Below, piece after piece: positions 33,635 through 44,470 of a stretch of 64,000 nucleotides of DNA. Every line of letters begins with the position of its first letter. The stretch's first letter is position 1. Under the pieces are notes generated by a model, which saw nothing but the letters and a program-made list of their open reading frames with translations, had not been told where the DNA came from and did no database searches. Location of the stretch: assembly GCA_007376485.1 (NCBI GenBank), contig VMGJ01000004.1, forward strand, positions 6,717 through 70,716. Direction: 5' to 3'. The stretch is from Parcubacteria group bacterium Licking1014_17 (lineage in GTDB: Bacteria > Patescibacteriota > Minisyncoccia > 2-02-FULL-40-12 > IGHO2-01-FULL-4-A). Both the position numbers and the translations under genes were made by a program.

Positions 33635-35821
33635 ATGCCAAAATCTCAACAGTTAATGATAAATATACGAAAAAAACTAAAAAAGTGGAGTCGTTTTTTT
33701 ATAGCCGCAGGCGTCGTTTTTGTCTTGGGCGTGACTGTTATGGTCATTATGTTTCTTTACTATATCAGCCAGATACCCGATCCCACGACGTTGTCGGCGA
33801 GGCGCATCAGCGAGTCGACTAAAATATACGATAACACCGGAGTGACGCTTTTATACGACGTTCATGGAGAGGAAAAAAGGACAATAGTGCCATGGAGTGA
33901 TATATCCGAAAACGTAAAAAAGGCGACTCTTACGTCGGAGGACAGCGATTTTTATAACCATAATGGTATTGATTTTAGGGGCATACTAAGGGCGTTTTAT
34001 CGGGATATAACAAGTTTGAGTGTTTCCCAGGGCGGCTCGACAATAACCCAGCAGTTGGTAAAAACTTCCTTACTCGGCACGGAAAGGACTTTTTCTAGAA
34101 AAATCAAGGAGGCAATTCTTTCAATTCAAGTGGAGAAGAATTATTCGAAAGATTATATTTTTTGGATGTATCTAAACCAGATTCCCTACGGTTCGAATGC
34201 CTACGGCATCGAAGCCGCCAGCCAGACGTTTTTCGCCAAACATGCTTTGGATATCACCCTCGCCGAGTCGGCATTATTGACCGCTCTCATCAAGGCGCCA
34301 AGCTATTATTCCCCTTACGGTAACCATGTTACCGAGTTAATGAGCCGAAAGGATTATATTTTAAACAGAATGTCCGCGCTGAATACGATTACAAAACAGG
34401 AACTGGACGCGGCCCTAGCCGAAAAACTTGATATAAAGCCCCCACACGACAGCATATTAGCCCCTCATTTCATTATGATGGTCAAAGATTTACTGGTTAA
34501 AAAATACGGCGAGGATATGGTTGAAAACGGCGGGCTGAAAGTCATAACCACACTGGATACCGAACTCCAAAGTACTGCCGAAGAGTTGGTTACCAAATAC
34601 GGCGATATTAACGAAAAAAAATATAAATCCACCAATGCCGGCTTGGTTGCCGTTGACCCCCGTAATGGTTATGTGAAGGCACTGGTCGGCTCCCGCGACT
34701 ACTTTAATATAGAAAAAGAGGGGAATTTTAATGTGGTTACTGCTCTCAGACAGCCGGGATCTTCCTTTAAGCCATTTGCCTACGCGACCGCTTTTAATAA
34801 GGGCTATACCGATTCGACAATATTATTCGATTTTAAAACCGAATTTAACCCAAACTGCGACGCTTCCGGGAATCAGGAATATTACAAGTCGGAAAAATGC
34901 TACCATCCGCAGGATTATGATGGCAGATTCCGGGGCCCGGTTACAATGCGCCAGGCGATGGCACAATCTCTTAATGTGCCATCGGTTATGACTCTCTATT
35001 TGGCCGGTATTGACGACACAATACGCACCGCCCAACGCATGGGTATCACTACCCTGACCGACCGCTCGCGGTACGGCTTGTCTTTGGTGCTCGGCGGCGC
35101 AGAAGTTCATTTGTTGGATATGGCTTCAGCTTACGGCGTTTTCGCCAACGACGGCGTTTATAATCCCGCCGTTCTGATTGAAAAAGTCACAAGCAGTGAC
35201 GGCGTGGTTCTTGAAGAATACAGTAAAAACGATCGGGAGGTAATCAGCACGGAAGTGTCTCGGCTGGTTACGGACGTGCTATCGGATAATAATGCCCGCG
35301 GGCCGGTTTTCGGTTACAACAGTTCCCTCTACTTCCCAGACCGCCAGGTTGCCGCCAAAACGGGCACCACGCAGGATAATCGTGACGGCTGGGTCATTGG
35401 GTATACCCCGGTACTTTCAGTCGGCGTGTGGACGGGCAACAATAATAATGAACCTATGACAAAACAAGGTGCCGGCTTGTCGGCTGCCGGACCAATGTGG
35501 CATGAGTTTATGGTTCGGGCTTTAAAAAACACTCCCTCGGGCGAGTTTATTAAACCACAATTGCCTCAGACTGAAAAAATAATGCTTAATGGCTCTTATT
35601 ATGGTTCGGAAGGCATATATAATATCCTCTATTACGTGGATAAAGATAACCCATCGGGCTCGCAGCCGAATAGCCCCGCGAGCGACCCGCAATATAAAAA
35701 CTGGGAATACCCAGTTCAAAAATGGATTTTGGAAACCGGCCAAACAATTTCCACGCCGACTCCCGCGCCCCCAGAAACGATCAGCCCGACTTTCCCGCCA
35801 TCCCCCACCCCTACTTTTTAA
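33635..35821 (+). CDS. class A penicillin-binding protein (bifunctional glycosyltransferase/transpeptidase, PBP1A-type)
   Basis: N-terminal TM; GT51 motifs EDSDFYNHNGID and GGSTITQQLVK; transpeptidase SSFKPF (SxxK) and KTGTT. Confidence 0.85.
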   Translation: MPKSQQLMINIRKKLKKWSRFFIAAGVVFVLGVTVMVIMFLYYISQIPDPTTLSARRISESTKIYDNTGVTLLYDVHGEEKRTIVPWSDISENVKKATLTSEDSDFYNHNGIDFRGILRAFYRDITSLSVSQGGSTITQQLVKTSLLGTERTFSRKIKEAILSIQVEKNYSKDYIFWMYLNQIPYGSNAYGIEAASQTFFAKHALDITLAESALLTALIKAPSYYSPYGNHVTELMSRKDYILNRMSALNTITKQELDAALAEKLDIKPPHDSILAPHFIMMVKDLLVKKYGEDMVENGGLKVITTLDTELQSTAEELVTKYGDINEKKYKSTNAGLVAVDPRNGYVKALVGSRDYFNIEKEGNFNVVTALRQPGSSFKPFAYATAFNKGYTDSTILFDFKTEFNPNCDASGNQEYYKSEKCYHPQDYDGRFRGPVTMRQAMAQSLNVPSVMTLYLAGIDDTIRTAQRMGITTLTDRSRYGLSLVLGGAEVHLLDMASAYGVFANDGVYNPAVLIEKVTSSDGVVLEEYSKNDREVISTEVSRLVTDVLSDNNARGPVFGYNSSLYFPDRQVAAKTGTTQDNRDGWVIGYTPVLSVGVWTGNNNNEPMTKQGAGLSAAGPMWHEFMVRALKNTPSGEFIKPQLPQTEKIMLNGSYYGSEGIYNILYYVDKDNPSGSQPNSPASDPQYKNWEYPVQKWILETGQTISTPTPAPPETISPTFPPSPTPTF

Positions 35822-36111
35822 TACACAACAATCCCGTCGAGGACAAAACCGTCTTTCTTTAGACTGCAAAGAATAACATCCTTTCTGGAGTATATATAGT
35901 TAGATAGTGATTTATTCCTTGTCCTAACTACAAGCTTGTTCGATTTTGTGCCGATAAAATCTATGGCGGCGATATAAGCTTTTTCATTAGCTTCATCTTC
36001 ATAATCCAGCGATAACACCTTCAAAACGGATTGAAGTATTTTTTTATCATCAGCTTGTTTTTCATATACAAGCCTTTTTGTCTTAATTAAAATATCTTGG
36101 ATTCCCTTCAT
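35818..36111 (-). CDS. small hypothetical protein downstream of dnaN (possibly DUF721/DciA-like)
   Basis: 97 aa; position after dnaN and weak pattern similarity only. Confidence 0.3.
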   Translation of the reverse strand: MKGIQDILIKTKRLVYEKQADDKKILQSVLKVLSLDYEDEANEKAYIAAIDFIGTKSNKLVVRTRNKSLSNYIYSRKDVILCSLKKDGFVLDGIVVY

Positions 36112-36113
36112 TT

Positions 36114-37211
36114 TTAACTGTTATTTCTTAAAGGCATAATAACATAAACATAATCGTTCATCTTTTCACCTTGAATTAATATCGGACTGCCCTCCCCTGT
36201 AAACTTAATAATAACATTTTCAGTGGGGATTGTCTTCATGCCGTCAAGTAAATAATGGTAATTGACCGAGAATTTAAATGGTTCGTTTCTGGTTAAACAC
36301 TGCGTATTGGCCACAATTTCCCCTTTTTCACTGCTACTTGCTTTTATCTCAAGATTATTTTTCAGAACCCGGATCGTCATATCGTAAATATTCGAGGAAA
36401 ATACACTCGACATTCTGACGCTTTTTTCAAAATCATCCTTACTGACAACGACTGAGCCGATAAATTTTTCAGGAATAATTTTTTTATATTCCGGGTAATG
36501 GCCATCTATCAAGCGAGTGACGAATTGGAGATTATCATTATAAACAAATAATTGATTACTGCTCGTCGCTAAATTAACATCTTCATCGATAAGATCCATA
36601 ATTTTTATTAGCTCCAGTGCGGTTGTCCTTGGAACAATGAGTGATTTTTTCACCGCCGATTTAACCATTACTGTCTTTTCGGCAAGGCGGAAACTGTCGG
36701 TTGCCGCGAATTCCGCGTTAATTGGCGTGATATTAATAAATATTCCGCTCAATTCCGGCCTGGTTTCAGATAAAGACGCCGAATCTATAACACTTACTAG
36801 CGCCTGTTTGAGGTCTCTATTGTTTATCACCATAGAACTACTTTTGTTTATGGTTGGTATTATTGGGAATTCATTGGTTGGGAGCCCAAGTATATTTGTT
36901 TTAAAATTATTTGAATTTATCTGAAGAGTGTTTTTATTATTGACGCTTATTCCGATTTTTTCCCCATTAATATTATTCACAAATTCCGATAAAACCCTTG
37001 CCGGCACCGCTATCTCGCCTTGTTTATCCACCCTAGCGCCGATATTGTAAGAAATTCCCATTTCAAGATTGGTGGCCGACATTAAAAGACTGCTATTTTG
37101 GGTTTTCATTAAAACAGTGCCAAGTATCGGCAGTGATGCGTTTCTGGATATAACCCTTTCAATAATTCTCAGGCCGTTCTGAAACTTCTTTAAATTAATT
37201 TCTATATTCAT
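36114..37211 (-). CDS. dnaN: DNA polymerase III beta sliding clamp
   Basis: 365 aa; three-domain clamp layout, N-terminus MNIEINLKKFQNGLRIIERVISRNASLPIL. Confidence 0.85.
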   Translation of the reverse strand: MNIEINLKKFQNGLRIIERVISRNASLPILGTVLMKTQNSSLLMSATNLEMGISYNIGARVDKQGEIAVPARVLSEFVNNINGEKIGISVNNKNTLQINSNNFKTNILGLPTNEFPIIPTINKSSSMVINNRDLKQALVSVIDSASLSETRPELSGIFINITPINAEFAATDSFRLAEKTVMVKSAVKKSLIVPRTTALELIKIMDLIDEDVNLATSSNQLFVYNDNLQFVTRLIDGHYPEYKKIIPEKFIGSVVVSKDDFEKSVRMSSVFSSNIYDMTIRVLKNNLEIKASSSEKGEIVANTQCLTRNEPFKFSVNYHYLLDGMKTIPTENVIIKFTGEGSPILIQGEKMNDYVYVIMPLRNNS

Positions 37212-37453
37212 ATTTAAATCAGTAATAATAATAAGTGGTTTATTATACTGATAAGTTTAAATTATTAAATAATATCAATGTAATTTTATTAAATAACGTG
37301 TTTATAAATTATTTATAAATATCTTAATTTCTGATGCTAATTTATGGGGATTTTTATATTGGCTTCTAATACCTATTAATTTATTATTTATATCAATCAT
37401 TAATTAATAACAAACCAACAGTTTTATCCACAACCTATTATATATTACAGAAC
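37212..37453. promoter_or_regulatory. predicted oriC / DNA-unwinding element: ~80% AT dnaA-dnaN intergenic region with perfect DnaA box TTATCCACA (37424-37432)
   Basis: Read directly; additional near-consensus box TGTGTATAA at 38886-38894 in the dnaA/rpmH divergent region. Confidence 0.55.
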
Positions 37454-38836
37454 TCAATTAGTGTCAAGTGATTGATATATACGTTCTTTGATAAGCGTCA
37501 ACTCCTGTTTTATGGTCTCGCTGTTTTCTTCCCCCTCTCTTATTTTAGTGCAGGCGTGGATAACCGTGGAATGGTCGCGTCCGCCCAGTTTTAAGCCGAT
37601 TTCCGGGAAGGAAAATTTAACTTCTTCGCGCAGTAAATACATGGCGATTTGGCGGGGATGGACCACTTCTTTCCTGCGACTTCTTTTGGTTAGGTCGGTC
37701 AGGTGGATTTTATAAAAATCAGCGACTGACTTCATGACCAATTGCGGCGTCGGCTTGCGGTAGGGCGTGCTAAGATAAGCCGTGAGTAGCTGCTTTATTT
37801 CCTTTATTGTCGGCATTTTATTGTAAATCTGATTGAAGGCGGCAATTCTATTTAGGACCCCCTCTAATTCCCTGATATTTTTCTGGATATTGGTCGCGAT
37901 ATACGACAAGGATTCTTCATCTAGTACGACCCCCTTTTCCTTTCCTTTAAGTTTTAAAATAGCCAAACGGGTTTCATAATCCGGCAATTGAATGTCGGCT
38001 ATCATGCCGCCCTCGAAACGGGACCGCAAGCGCTCTTCAAGCGCCGGTATTGTGCTTGGCGGCCGGTCGGAAGAAAGTATTATTTGTTTATTTTTACTAT
38101 AAAGCTCATTAAATGTTCCAAAGAATATATCCTGGGTGCGTTCTTTACCGGCGATAAATTGAATATCATCAATAATTAACAGATCTAGCCCGCCATAACG
38201 CTGTTTTAATTCTTCAACAGTTCTGTTTTTTATTGATTCGACTATTTGGGTGGTTAATTTTTCGGCGGGAATATAAAGGATTCTCTTCGTCGGGTCGTTT
38301 GAATGAATTAAATTACCGGTGGCTTGCAGAATATGAGTCTTACCGAGACCAACACCGCCGTAGATGAATAGCGGGTTGTAAATTTTACCAAGATTTTTAG
38401 TTACCGCCACACAGGCGGCGTGGGCGAGTTCATTATTAACTCCGACGACAAACGATTCAAAGGTATACCTGTGGTTTAAATTAGTTATTTTGTCTATTTC
38501 ACTGTCTGAAGGGCATTCTTCTTGTATCCTATCTCGGAGTATCTGCGACATTTCTATTCTTTGGGGGGCGACGGCTAACCGCGCGTTGCCTATGGAATAC
38601 TTTACTTCCCTGATACTCTGGTCGTGTTTTCTGATAATGTTTAAAATCTGCTTGTTATATTTGTTTTCAAGCCACTCTTTTATAAATCCATTGGGGACTC
38701 CGACTACGGCGATGCCATTATTATTTGCCACGAGCAAGGTTTCTTTAAACCACGTTGTAAAACTAGCTCTTGAAAGAGATAATTCCATTTCTGATAACAC
38801 CGCCTTCCAGAGTTCTTCACTATTCATAATTAGCAA
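37454..38836 (-). CDS. dnaA: chromosomal replication initiator DnaA
   Basis: 460 aa; AAA+ Walker [13 protein letters not shown]-terminal HTH DNA-binding domain. Confidence 0.9.
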   Translation of the reverse strand: MLIMNSEELWKAVLSEMELSLSRASFTTWFKETLLVANNNGIAVVGVPNGFIKEWLENKYNKQILNIIRKHDQSIREVKYSIGNARLAVAPQRIEMSQILRDRIQEECPSDSEIDKITNLNHRYTFESFVVGVNNELAHAACVAVTKNLGKIYNPLFIYGGVGLGKTHILQATGNLIHSNDPTKRILYIPAEKLTTQIVESIKNRTVEELKQRYGGLDLLIIDDIQFIAGKERTQDIFFGTFNELYSKNKQIILSSDRPPSTIPALEERLRSRFEGGMIADIQLPDYETRLAILKLKGKEKGVVLDEESLSYIATNIQKNIRELEGVLNRIAAFNQIYNKMPTIKEIKQLLTAYLSTPYRKPTPQLVMKSVADFYKIHLTDLTKRSRRKEVVHPRQIAMYLLREEVKFSFPEIGLKLGGRDHSTVIHACTKIREGEENSETIKQELTLIKERIYQSLDTN

Positions 38837-38949
38837 GTATACAAATATTCTACCACTTTAAACAAATCAACAAGCGTTGACAATATGTGTATAACAAGTG
38901 AACTAAATTTCCTTTTGACGTCAACTGTATGTTTTGATAGATTATACTA

Positions 38950-39087
38950 ATGAAGATAACAACCTACAATCCATCCAAAAGAAAAAGGAAGAGGACCCAT
39001 GGTTTTCTTTCAAGAATGAAGTCAAAAAGCGGTAGAACTGTTTTGGCTCGAAGAAGGAGCAAGAAAAGAAGGCGTTTAGTTGTTTAA
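38950..39087 (+). CDS. rpmH: ribosomal protein L34
   Basis: Manually translated: [45 protein letters not shown] (not in ORF track because <60 aa). Confidence 0.85.
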   Translation: MKITTYNPSKRKRKRTHGFLSRMKSKSGRTVLARRRSKKRRRLVV

Positions 39088-39148
39088 TTGAAGCTAAAAG
39101 TAAGGTTCTTTGTCTGTGCGCCGATTGTAATGTTGGTCGTGATAATAT

Positions 39149-39376
39149 ATGGTTTTATTAACCACAAAATTATTTTCGTTTTATAAAAAATATTTATTCT
39201 GGCCTGTTCATGCGCTTTTGCCTGTCAGCGGCGGGTGTCGATTTTATCCGACCTGTTCGGAGTATGCCAGGGAAGCCGTAAAAAATCACGGGCTGGCGGT
39301 TGGTGTTATTAAATCCACCTGGAGAATTTTACGCTGTAATCCTTTTAATAAAGGCGGCGTTGATTTTTGCAAATAA
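39149..39376 (+). CDS. yidD: membrane protein insertion efficiency factor YidD
   Basis: [11 protein letters not shown]...[14 protein letters not shown] signature. Confidence 0.85.
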   Translation: MVLLTTKLFSFYKKYLFWPVHALLPVSGGCRFYPTCSEYAREAVKNHGLAVGVIKSTWRILRCNPFNKGGVDFCK

Positions 39377-39379
39377 CAT

Positions 39380-40105
39380 ATGATACAAATCTTCAATTTA
39401 ATTATATACAAGCCCATATTCAATGCGCTTATAGCCATTTATAATTTCATACCCGGGCACGATCTTGGTTTGGCTATAATACTTCTGACAATAATCATCA
39501 GACTTATTTTTCTTCCGCTGACCATCCGCACGGTGGCATCCCAGCAGTTAATGGCTAAGATCCAGCCCAAATTAAAAGAGCTCAAAGAGAGGTATAAAGA
39601 CAATAAGCAGGCGCTTGGCGAGGCGACAATGGCTCTTTATAAAGAACATAAAATAAATCCCTTGAGCGGCTGCCTGCCTTTATTGATACAATTCCCGGTG
39701 CTCATCGCCCTTTACAGGGTATTTCTCGCGGTTTTTAAGCCTCAAGACCTACCCTCTATGCTTTATTCTTTCATCAGTAATCCGGGTGTGATAACTCCTA
39801 TCGCCTTCGGATTTTTTGATTTATCCAAAAGAAGCATTGTTCTGGCTATTGTCGCCGGCGTGATGCAATTTATCCAGGCAAGGTCGTCGTTTTCTCTGCA
39901 AAAAAGTTCCGGTTCAATGGATAAAGATTCGTTTGCCTCCAAAATGAACAAGCAGATGATGTATTTCTTCCCGTTTACCATTATTTTAATCGCCTGGGGA
40001 TTGCCGGCGGGCATAACCATATACTGGATTGTAACGACTCTTTATTCGTATGTTGAACAAAAATTGGTTTACAAATATCGCGTGAGTAAAGAGGCAATCA
40101 ATTAA
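39380..40105 (+). CDS. yidC: membrane protein insertase YidC/Oxa1 (short Gram-positive-type form)
   Basis: 241 aa; NPLSGCLPLLIQFPVLIALY conserved core. Confidence 0.85.
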   Translation: MIQIFNLIIYKPIFNALIAIYNFIPGHDLGLAIILLTIIIRLIFLPLTIRTVASQQLMAKIQPKLKELKERYKDNKQALGEATMALYKEHKINPLSGCLPLLIQFPVLIALYRVFLAVFKPQDLPSMLYSFISNPGVITPIAFGFFDLSKRSIVLAIVAGVMQFIQARSSFSLQKSSGSMDKDSFASKMNKQMMYFFPFTIILIAWGLPAGITIYWIVTTLYSYVEQKLVYKYRVSKEAIN

Positions 40106-40131
40106 TTAAAAGAACATGTAATTAAAAGAAC

Positions 40132-40614
40132 ATGGATAATGCGGAAAAACGCGAAAAAATAATATCGGTTGCCAGGGAGATAATAAAATTTATCGGCGTT
40201 GACGCCGAAATTAACTGGCTTGAAGAAGGTTATGTCGCGAAAACGCCGATAATTTCAATTGAGTCTTTAAGTGGGTCCGGCGTGTTGATAGGAAAAAAGG
40301 GGCAGAATTTGGAGGCATTGGAGCACCTTATCAAGCTCGCGGCGGCTAAGTCGCTGGAAAACGAGATTTTTCCTTTTATAGTCGATGTGAATAAATACAG
40401 GAAGTCACAAATCAGCCATATAGCGAGCACAGCCAGAGAAGTTGCCGTCAGGGTGGCGAGAAATAATAGGGCTGAATTTCTTTCACCCATGTCGGCTTAC
40501 GAGCGGAGAATCGTGCATACTGAACTATCCTCATTTAAAGGAGTGGGCACGGAGAGCGTCGGCAAAGATCCCAATCGGCGCGTGATAATCAAGCCCCAGA
40601 CTAACATCATCTAA
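40132..40614 (+). CDS. jag: Jag/KhpB RNA-binding protein (KH + R3H)
   Basis: C-terminal R3H: SPMSAYERRIVHTELSSFKGVGTESVG. Confidence 0.75.
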   Translation: MDNAEKREKIISVAREIIKFIGVDAEINWLEEGYVAKTPIISIESLSGSGVLIGKKGQNLEALEHLIKLAAAKSLENEIFPFIVDVNKYRKSQISHIASTAREVAVRVARNNRAEFLSPMSAYERRIVHTELSSFKGVGTESVGKDPNRRVIIKPQTNII

Positions 40615-40616
40615 TA

Positions 40617-42035
40617 ATGCTTCCCGTTTCTTACAATGTGGCTATAATTGCGTTCGCGCGCGTTGTTTTGGGCGGTATTAGCCTTGTGATAATCGGTCTT
40701 ATGACCAGGGCGCTGGGGGCTTCCGGTTTTGGCGAATACAGCACTGTGTTCGCTTATTTGGCGATGTTCATAACCATCGCCGACATGGGTTTGTATTCGC
40801 TCTTGGTCAGGGAAGTTTCGCGTCCCAACGCCGATGAAAAAACAATAACGGGGTCACTGGTGACATTAAGGATAATTCTTGCTGTCGGCATAGCCGTCGT
40901 CGCCTGCGCTGCCGCCTATTTTTTCCCCTATCCCCGCGCCGTAAAACTGGCTATCAGCGTGGCGGCGCTTTACGCGGTTTTTTCTTCAATTACGCAAATT
41001 CTGACCGGGGTATTCCAGAAATATTTAAAAACCTACTTCATATCCATCGCGGATGTGGCGGCGAGGCTGATACAATTGGGTTTTGTTTTTCTACTGGTGA
41101 GAACCGGAAACGCGACGCTTATGCCGTTTATCTGGGTCATGGTGGTTTCGGAGGCGATTCATATGCTGATAGTTTTCATGTTTTCCCGGAAAATTATCAG
41201 ATTCAATTTTAATTTTAATTTTGACGTTTTCATCAAGTGGGTTCGGGTGTCGTTTCCCATCGCTGTATCGCTGGTATTTGTTTATATTTATTTCAAAATG
41301 GACACGGTTATTCTGTCCCTGATGAAACCTGCCGGCGACGTGGGAATATATTCGGTGGCGTATAAAATCCTCGAGCTGGTTATTTTCCTGCCGGCGGTTT
41401 ATATGAATCTGGTTATGCCCGTGCTTTCGCGCCATGCCGCCGACAAGCCGGAGTTTATGGCGAATTTCAGCAAAGCATTCCGTGTGCTGGCTATCATATC
41501 CATGCCCGCCGCCGCTTACTTTTATGTTTTGGCAAACCCGATTATAGCCATTATCGGCGGTCCGGGTTTCTCCGCGTCCGTGGGCGTCTTGCGGATTCTT
41601 ACGCTTGCCATTTTTTTGATATTTTTCGGTAACTTGGGCGGCAATTCCCTCATCGCTCTTAATTTACAGAAAAAAGCCATGTGGATTTACGCCGCCGGCG
41701 CGGTTATCAATCTGGCGGCGAATATTATTTTTATACCGAGATTTAGCTACGTTGCCGCCGCCTGGACCACGGTCGCCACGGAACTTTTCGTCACGGTGGC
41801 CATGTTCGCTCTTCTTAAGAGCAGCGCCGATATTCGCGCTTCCGCCGGAAATTTTATCAGGCCCTTAATCGCCACCTGCCTGATGATTTTGATTGTTTAT
41901 CCGCTAAGAAATAATTTTATCCTGGGAACATTGGCGGCGGTTTCATATCTTCCGATTATGTATTTCATCGGCGGCTTAACAAAAAAGGACCTGAGCGAGG
42001 TCTTTTCCGCGAAAATCAAAAATGGGGCGGTTTAG
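40617..42035 (+). CDS. MOP-superfamily polysaccharide/lipid-linked oligosaccharide flippase (Wzx/MurJ-like)
   Basis: 472 aa, ~14 TM helices, typical flippase hydropathy. Confidence 0.55.
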   Translation: MLPVSYNVAIIAFARVVLGGISLVIIGLMTRALGASGFGEYSTVFAYLAMFITIADMGLYSLLVREVSRPNADEKTITGSLVTLRIILAVGIAVVACAAAYFFPYPRAVKLAISVAALYAVFSSITQILTGVFQKYLKTYFISIADVAARLIQLGFVFLLVRTGNATLMPFIWVMVVSEAIHMLIVFMFSRKIIRFNFNFNFDVFIKWVRVSFPIAVSLVFVYIYFKMDTVILSLMKPAGDVGIYSVAYKILELVIFLPAVYMNLVMPVLSRHAADKPEFMANFSKAFRVLAIISMPAAAYFYVLANPIIAIIGGPGFSASVGVLRILTLAIFLIFFGNLGGNSLIALNLQKKAMWIYAAGAVINLAANIIFIPRFSYVAAAWTTVATELFVTVAMFALLKSSADIRASAGNFIRPLIATCLMILIVYPLRNNFILGTLAAVSYLPIMYFIGGLTKKDLSEVFSAKIKNGAV

Positions 42036-43162
42036 GGGCGGATGTTAATTTTATAGAGTTTGCCGTCATTTATGTTCCTGAAAATCAGAGCGTCTTCAAG
42101 AATCGTCAGTATAATTTCATCGGCATCAATATTGTTGGCGTTATAGGTCAAATCGGATGTCGAGTCCAGTGTTTTGCTGGAACCGCTTTCCGTGTCAATC
42201 ATTATGAACTTACCCGACCACGAGCCGCTGAACTCGCTCGGTATAGAACAATAGATAGTTTTATCATCTATACTCCAGGCGCACCTATTAACGTCAATCG
42301 GCGCGCTTATCCCCCGGGTTTTGCCGGAAGCAAGATTCGCCATAACTAAATGCGTCACCCCGTTCTCTATCGCCGGATAAATATATTTATCCCCCTTTTG
42401 CGACCACAATATTGACAATCCCTCGAGGGAATCAAGCTGGAGGGAAAGTTTTTTGGTATTTATATCTAAAAGATACAAGCTGTGCATATCGTTGCTTTTA
42501 GGTACCTTGAGAATCAGCGAAAGCGTATTTTCGTCCGCCCACACCAGCCGCCACTGGTCGGAGCGGGTGTTTATTATGTTGCTGTAATTTTTGAGCAGCG
42601 GGTCAGCGACGGCAATATCGCCCGCCGACTCTTTGTCGTTGAAAAAAATATAAGCGATTTCATCGCCGCCGGGAGAAAAAACCGGGTTGATAATCTGGGA
42701 ATCGTATTTTTTTGATTTTCCGGTCGTCGTATCAATATACTCCGAATAATTGGTGTAATGGACAATAAGTCCGCCGTCCTTCTTTGACCAGGAAACCGAT
42801 TGCGCGCCGACGGGGATTTTGGCTATGACCCGCGAGCCGCCGGCGTAATTATCTATGGAAAGAATACGAACCTCGCCCTTTTTGGGCACCAAATAAAGAA
42901 TATTCTTCCCGTCCGATGAAATTACCGGGCTTAGCGCCTCATCATTAGCGAGCCTGATAAAATCAGGATTGCCGGGGTTCTTCTCTATGACCTCATTAAA
43001 GCGGGAAATCAGCGAGTCGCCGATTTGGGCTTTGCTCGAGCCGCCGATGGATATCTGGCTTCTGTTATTCAACAGCCATTGTCCGGCGTAAAAAACCGCC
43101 GCGCCCGCAACCATAAAGCACAGAAACAGTAATATATTTTTAAATGTTTTTGATTTCTCCAT
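42032..43162 (-). CDS. secreted beta-propeller (TolB/PD40-like) repeat protein
   Basis: Signal/TM then repeated I.Y....G.I.V.D blades. Confidence 0.4.
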   Translation of the reverse strand: MEKSKTFKNILLFLCFMVAGAAVFYAGQWLLNNRSQISIGGSSKAQIGDSLISRFNEVIEKNPGNPDFIRLANDEALSPVISSDGKNILYLVPKKGEVRILSIDNYAGGSRVIAKIPVGAQSVSWSKKDGGLIVHYTNYSEYIDTTTGKSKKYDSQIINPVFSPGGDEIAYIFFNDKESAGDIAVADPLLKNYSNIINTRSDQWRLVWADENTLSLILKVPKSNDMHSLYLLDINTKKLSLQLDSLEGLSILWSQKGDKYIYPAIENGVTHLVMANLASGKTRGISAPIDVNRCAWSIDDKTIYCSIPSEFSGSWSGKFIMIDTESGSSKTLDSTSDLTYNANNIDADEIILTILEDALIFRNINDGKLYKINIRP

Positions 43163-43182
43163 TTTATTTAAATTGTCATGCC

Positions 43183-44439
43183 CTATCCCTCGTCCGATTC
43201 CATCACGGCTTGTTCAGCCATTGAACGGATATTCATTTCCTCGGTTTTTCTTTCGCCATATTCCTTTACCAGCGGCCGGTATTTTTTATAAGCCGTCTTT
43301 TCTTTTTTATACATATCATAAACTTTCTTGATTTGAGTTGGCCACAAACCAACATACGGTATAGATTCTATTATAAACGTTTTGACGAGGTACTTATACA
43401 CCGCTTCCTTCAGCGCGTTGGTGATTTTTTGCTTTACCGAATCCGATAAGGGCGTGACCGGGACGCTACTTCCAGTATATTCTTGGTACTTTTCTTTGTA
43501 AAGTTCGGATTTCTGATGCGATTTTACGATGCCCGTTCTGATGGTTTCGGCGTTTTCGGACTGCTCATCCATCCTTTTGTTGGTAAAATAAGACACAGTC
43601 CCGATGATAGGTGTTGCTATGAAATTAATAATCGGCGGAATCCAGCATAAAATTATGGTTGCGTCCAAAAACCAGTCGCTGCCGTCATCCAATATCGCCA
43701 GCGTGAACAGAAAACCGTACTTTGTTTTATTGGGCGGGGTTATTTTACCGAGCGCTTTGGCGACTTTCTCGTCTTCTTTCAATGACCTTGGAGTGTCTTC
43801 AAATATTGACTCAAGGGTGTTTTGTTTTTCCAGATTCCTTTGCTCGTATAATTCATATTGCCGTCGGATATCTGACGGCAGTTCTTCTTCGGGCGCGATG
43901 TCGGGTTCGGCTTGTTCTTGTTCGCCGCGCGCGGGCGAAACCGGCTTTTTCTCCTTTTTGATTCCGTATTCATCTTCGGGCTCATCGGGACCGTATTGTT
44001 TTTTAAAGGATTCCGTATAGTCGGTTTTTCTGGGTTTATTGCCGCCCTCCGCGCTTCCTTGGAATCTACTCTCTTCAGGACTAAGCGCAAAACCTGTTTC
44101 TTTGAATTGCTCCCTCCAAAGCTGAGCCTGCTCCGCCTCAAGGGGTTTTAGTTGTTGTTGATAATTTTCTCTTTGAAGCCACAGATCTTGTGCCTGCTGC
44201 CGAAGTGTATTTTTTTCCTCGGGTGTTAAATTTTTGTCTTCCTTTATTTTTTCAATAATTGAATTTCGTTCCTTATCAATAGAGGAGACTTTTTCTCTTA
44301 TCGGCTTTTTTTGCTCTTCAACCCCCTTTCTCTCGACTTCAAACTTCTTTTCTATATCACGATTACTGCCCCCGGGGTCTCTGGCGGTTTTCTGCGGCGA
44401 ATTTACCGCGGTGTCTGTTGTAGAATTATTAGTAGACAC
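43183..44439 (-). CDS. hypothetical membrane protein with long K/E-rich coiled-coil N-terminal region; downstream of the VirB4-like genes (possible T4SS accessory)
   Basis: 418 aa; central TM segment FLFTLAILDDGSDWFLDATIILCWIPPIINFIATPIIG. Confidence 0.4.
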   Translation of the reverse strand: MSTNNSTTDTAVNSPQKTARDPGGSNRDIEKKFEVERKGVEEQKKPIREKVSSIDKERNSIIEKIKEDKNLTPEEKNTLRQQAQDLWLQRENYQQQLKPLEAEQAQLWREQFKETGFALSPEESRFQGSAEGGNKPRKTDYTESFKKQYGPDEPEDEYGIKKEKKPVSPARGEQEQAEPDIAPEEELPSDIRRQYELYEQRNLEKQNTLESIFEDTPRSLKEDEKVAKALGKITPPNKTKYGFLFTLAILDDGSDWFLDATIILCWIPPIINFIATPIIGTVSYFTNKRMDEQSENAETIRTGIVKSHQKSELYKEKYQEYTGSSVPVTPLSDSVKQKITNALKEAVYKYLVKTFIIESIPYVGLWPTQIKKVYDMYKKEKTAYKKYRPLVKEYGERKTEEMNIRSMAEQAVMESDEG

Positions 44440-44470
44440 AGAGGAGAATACAGAGAAATCATATTACAAA

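Noticed and set aside
33616-33822. 68-aa ORF overlapping the PBP start in another frame
   Set aside because: Alternative-frame artefact; the PBP frame (33635-) has a TM helix and GT51 motifs.
36637-36924. 95-aa plus-strand ORF within dnaN
   Set aside because: Antisense to the well-supported sliding-clamp gene.
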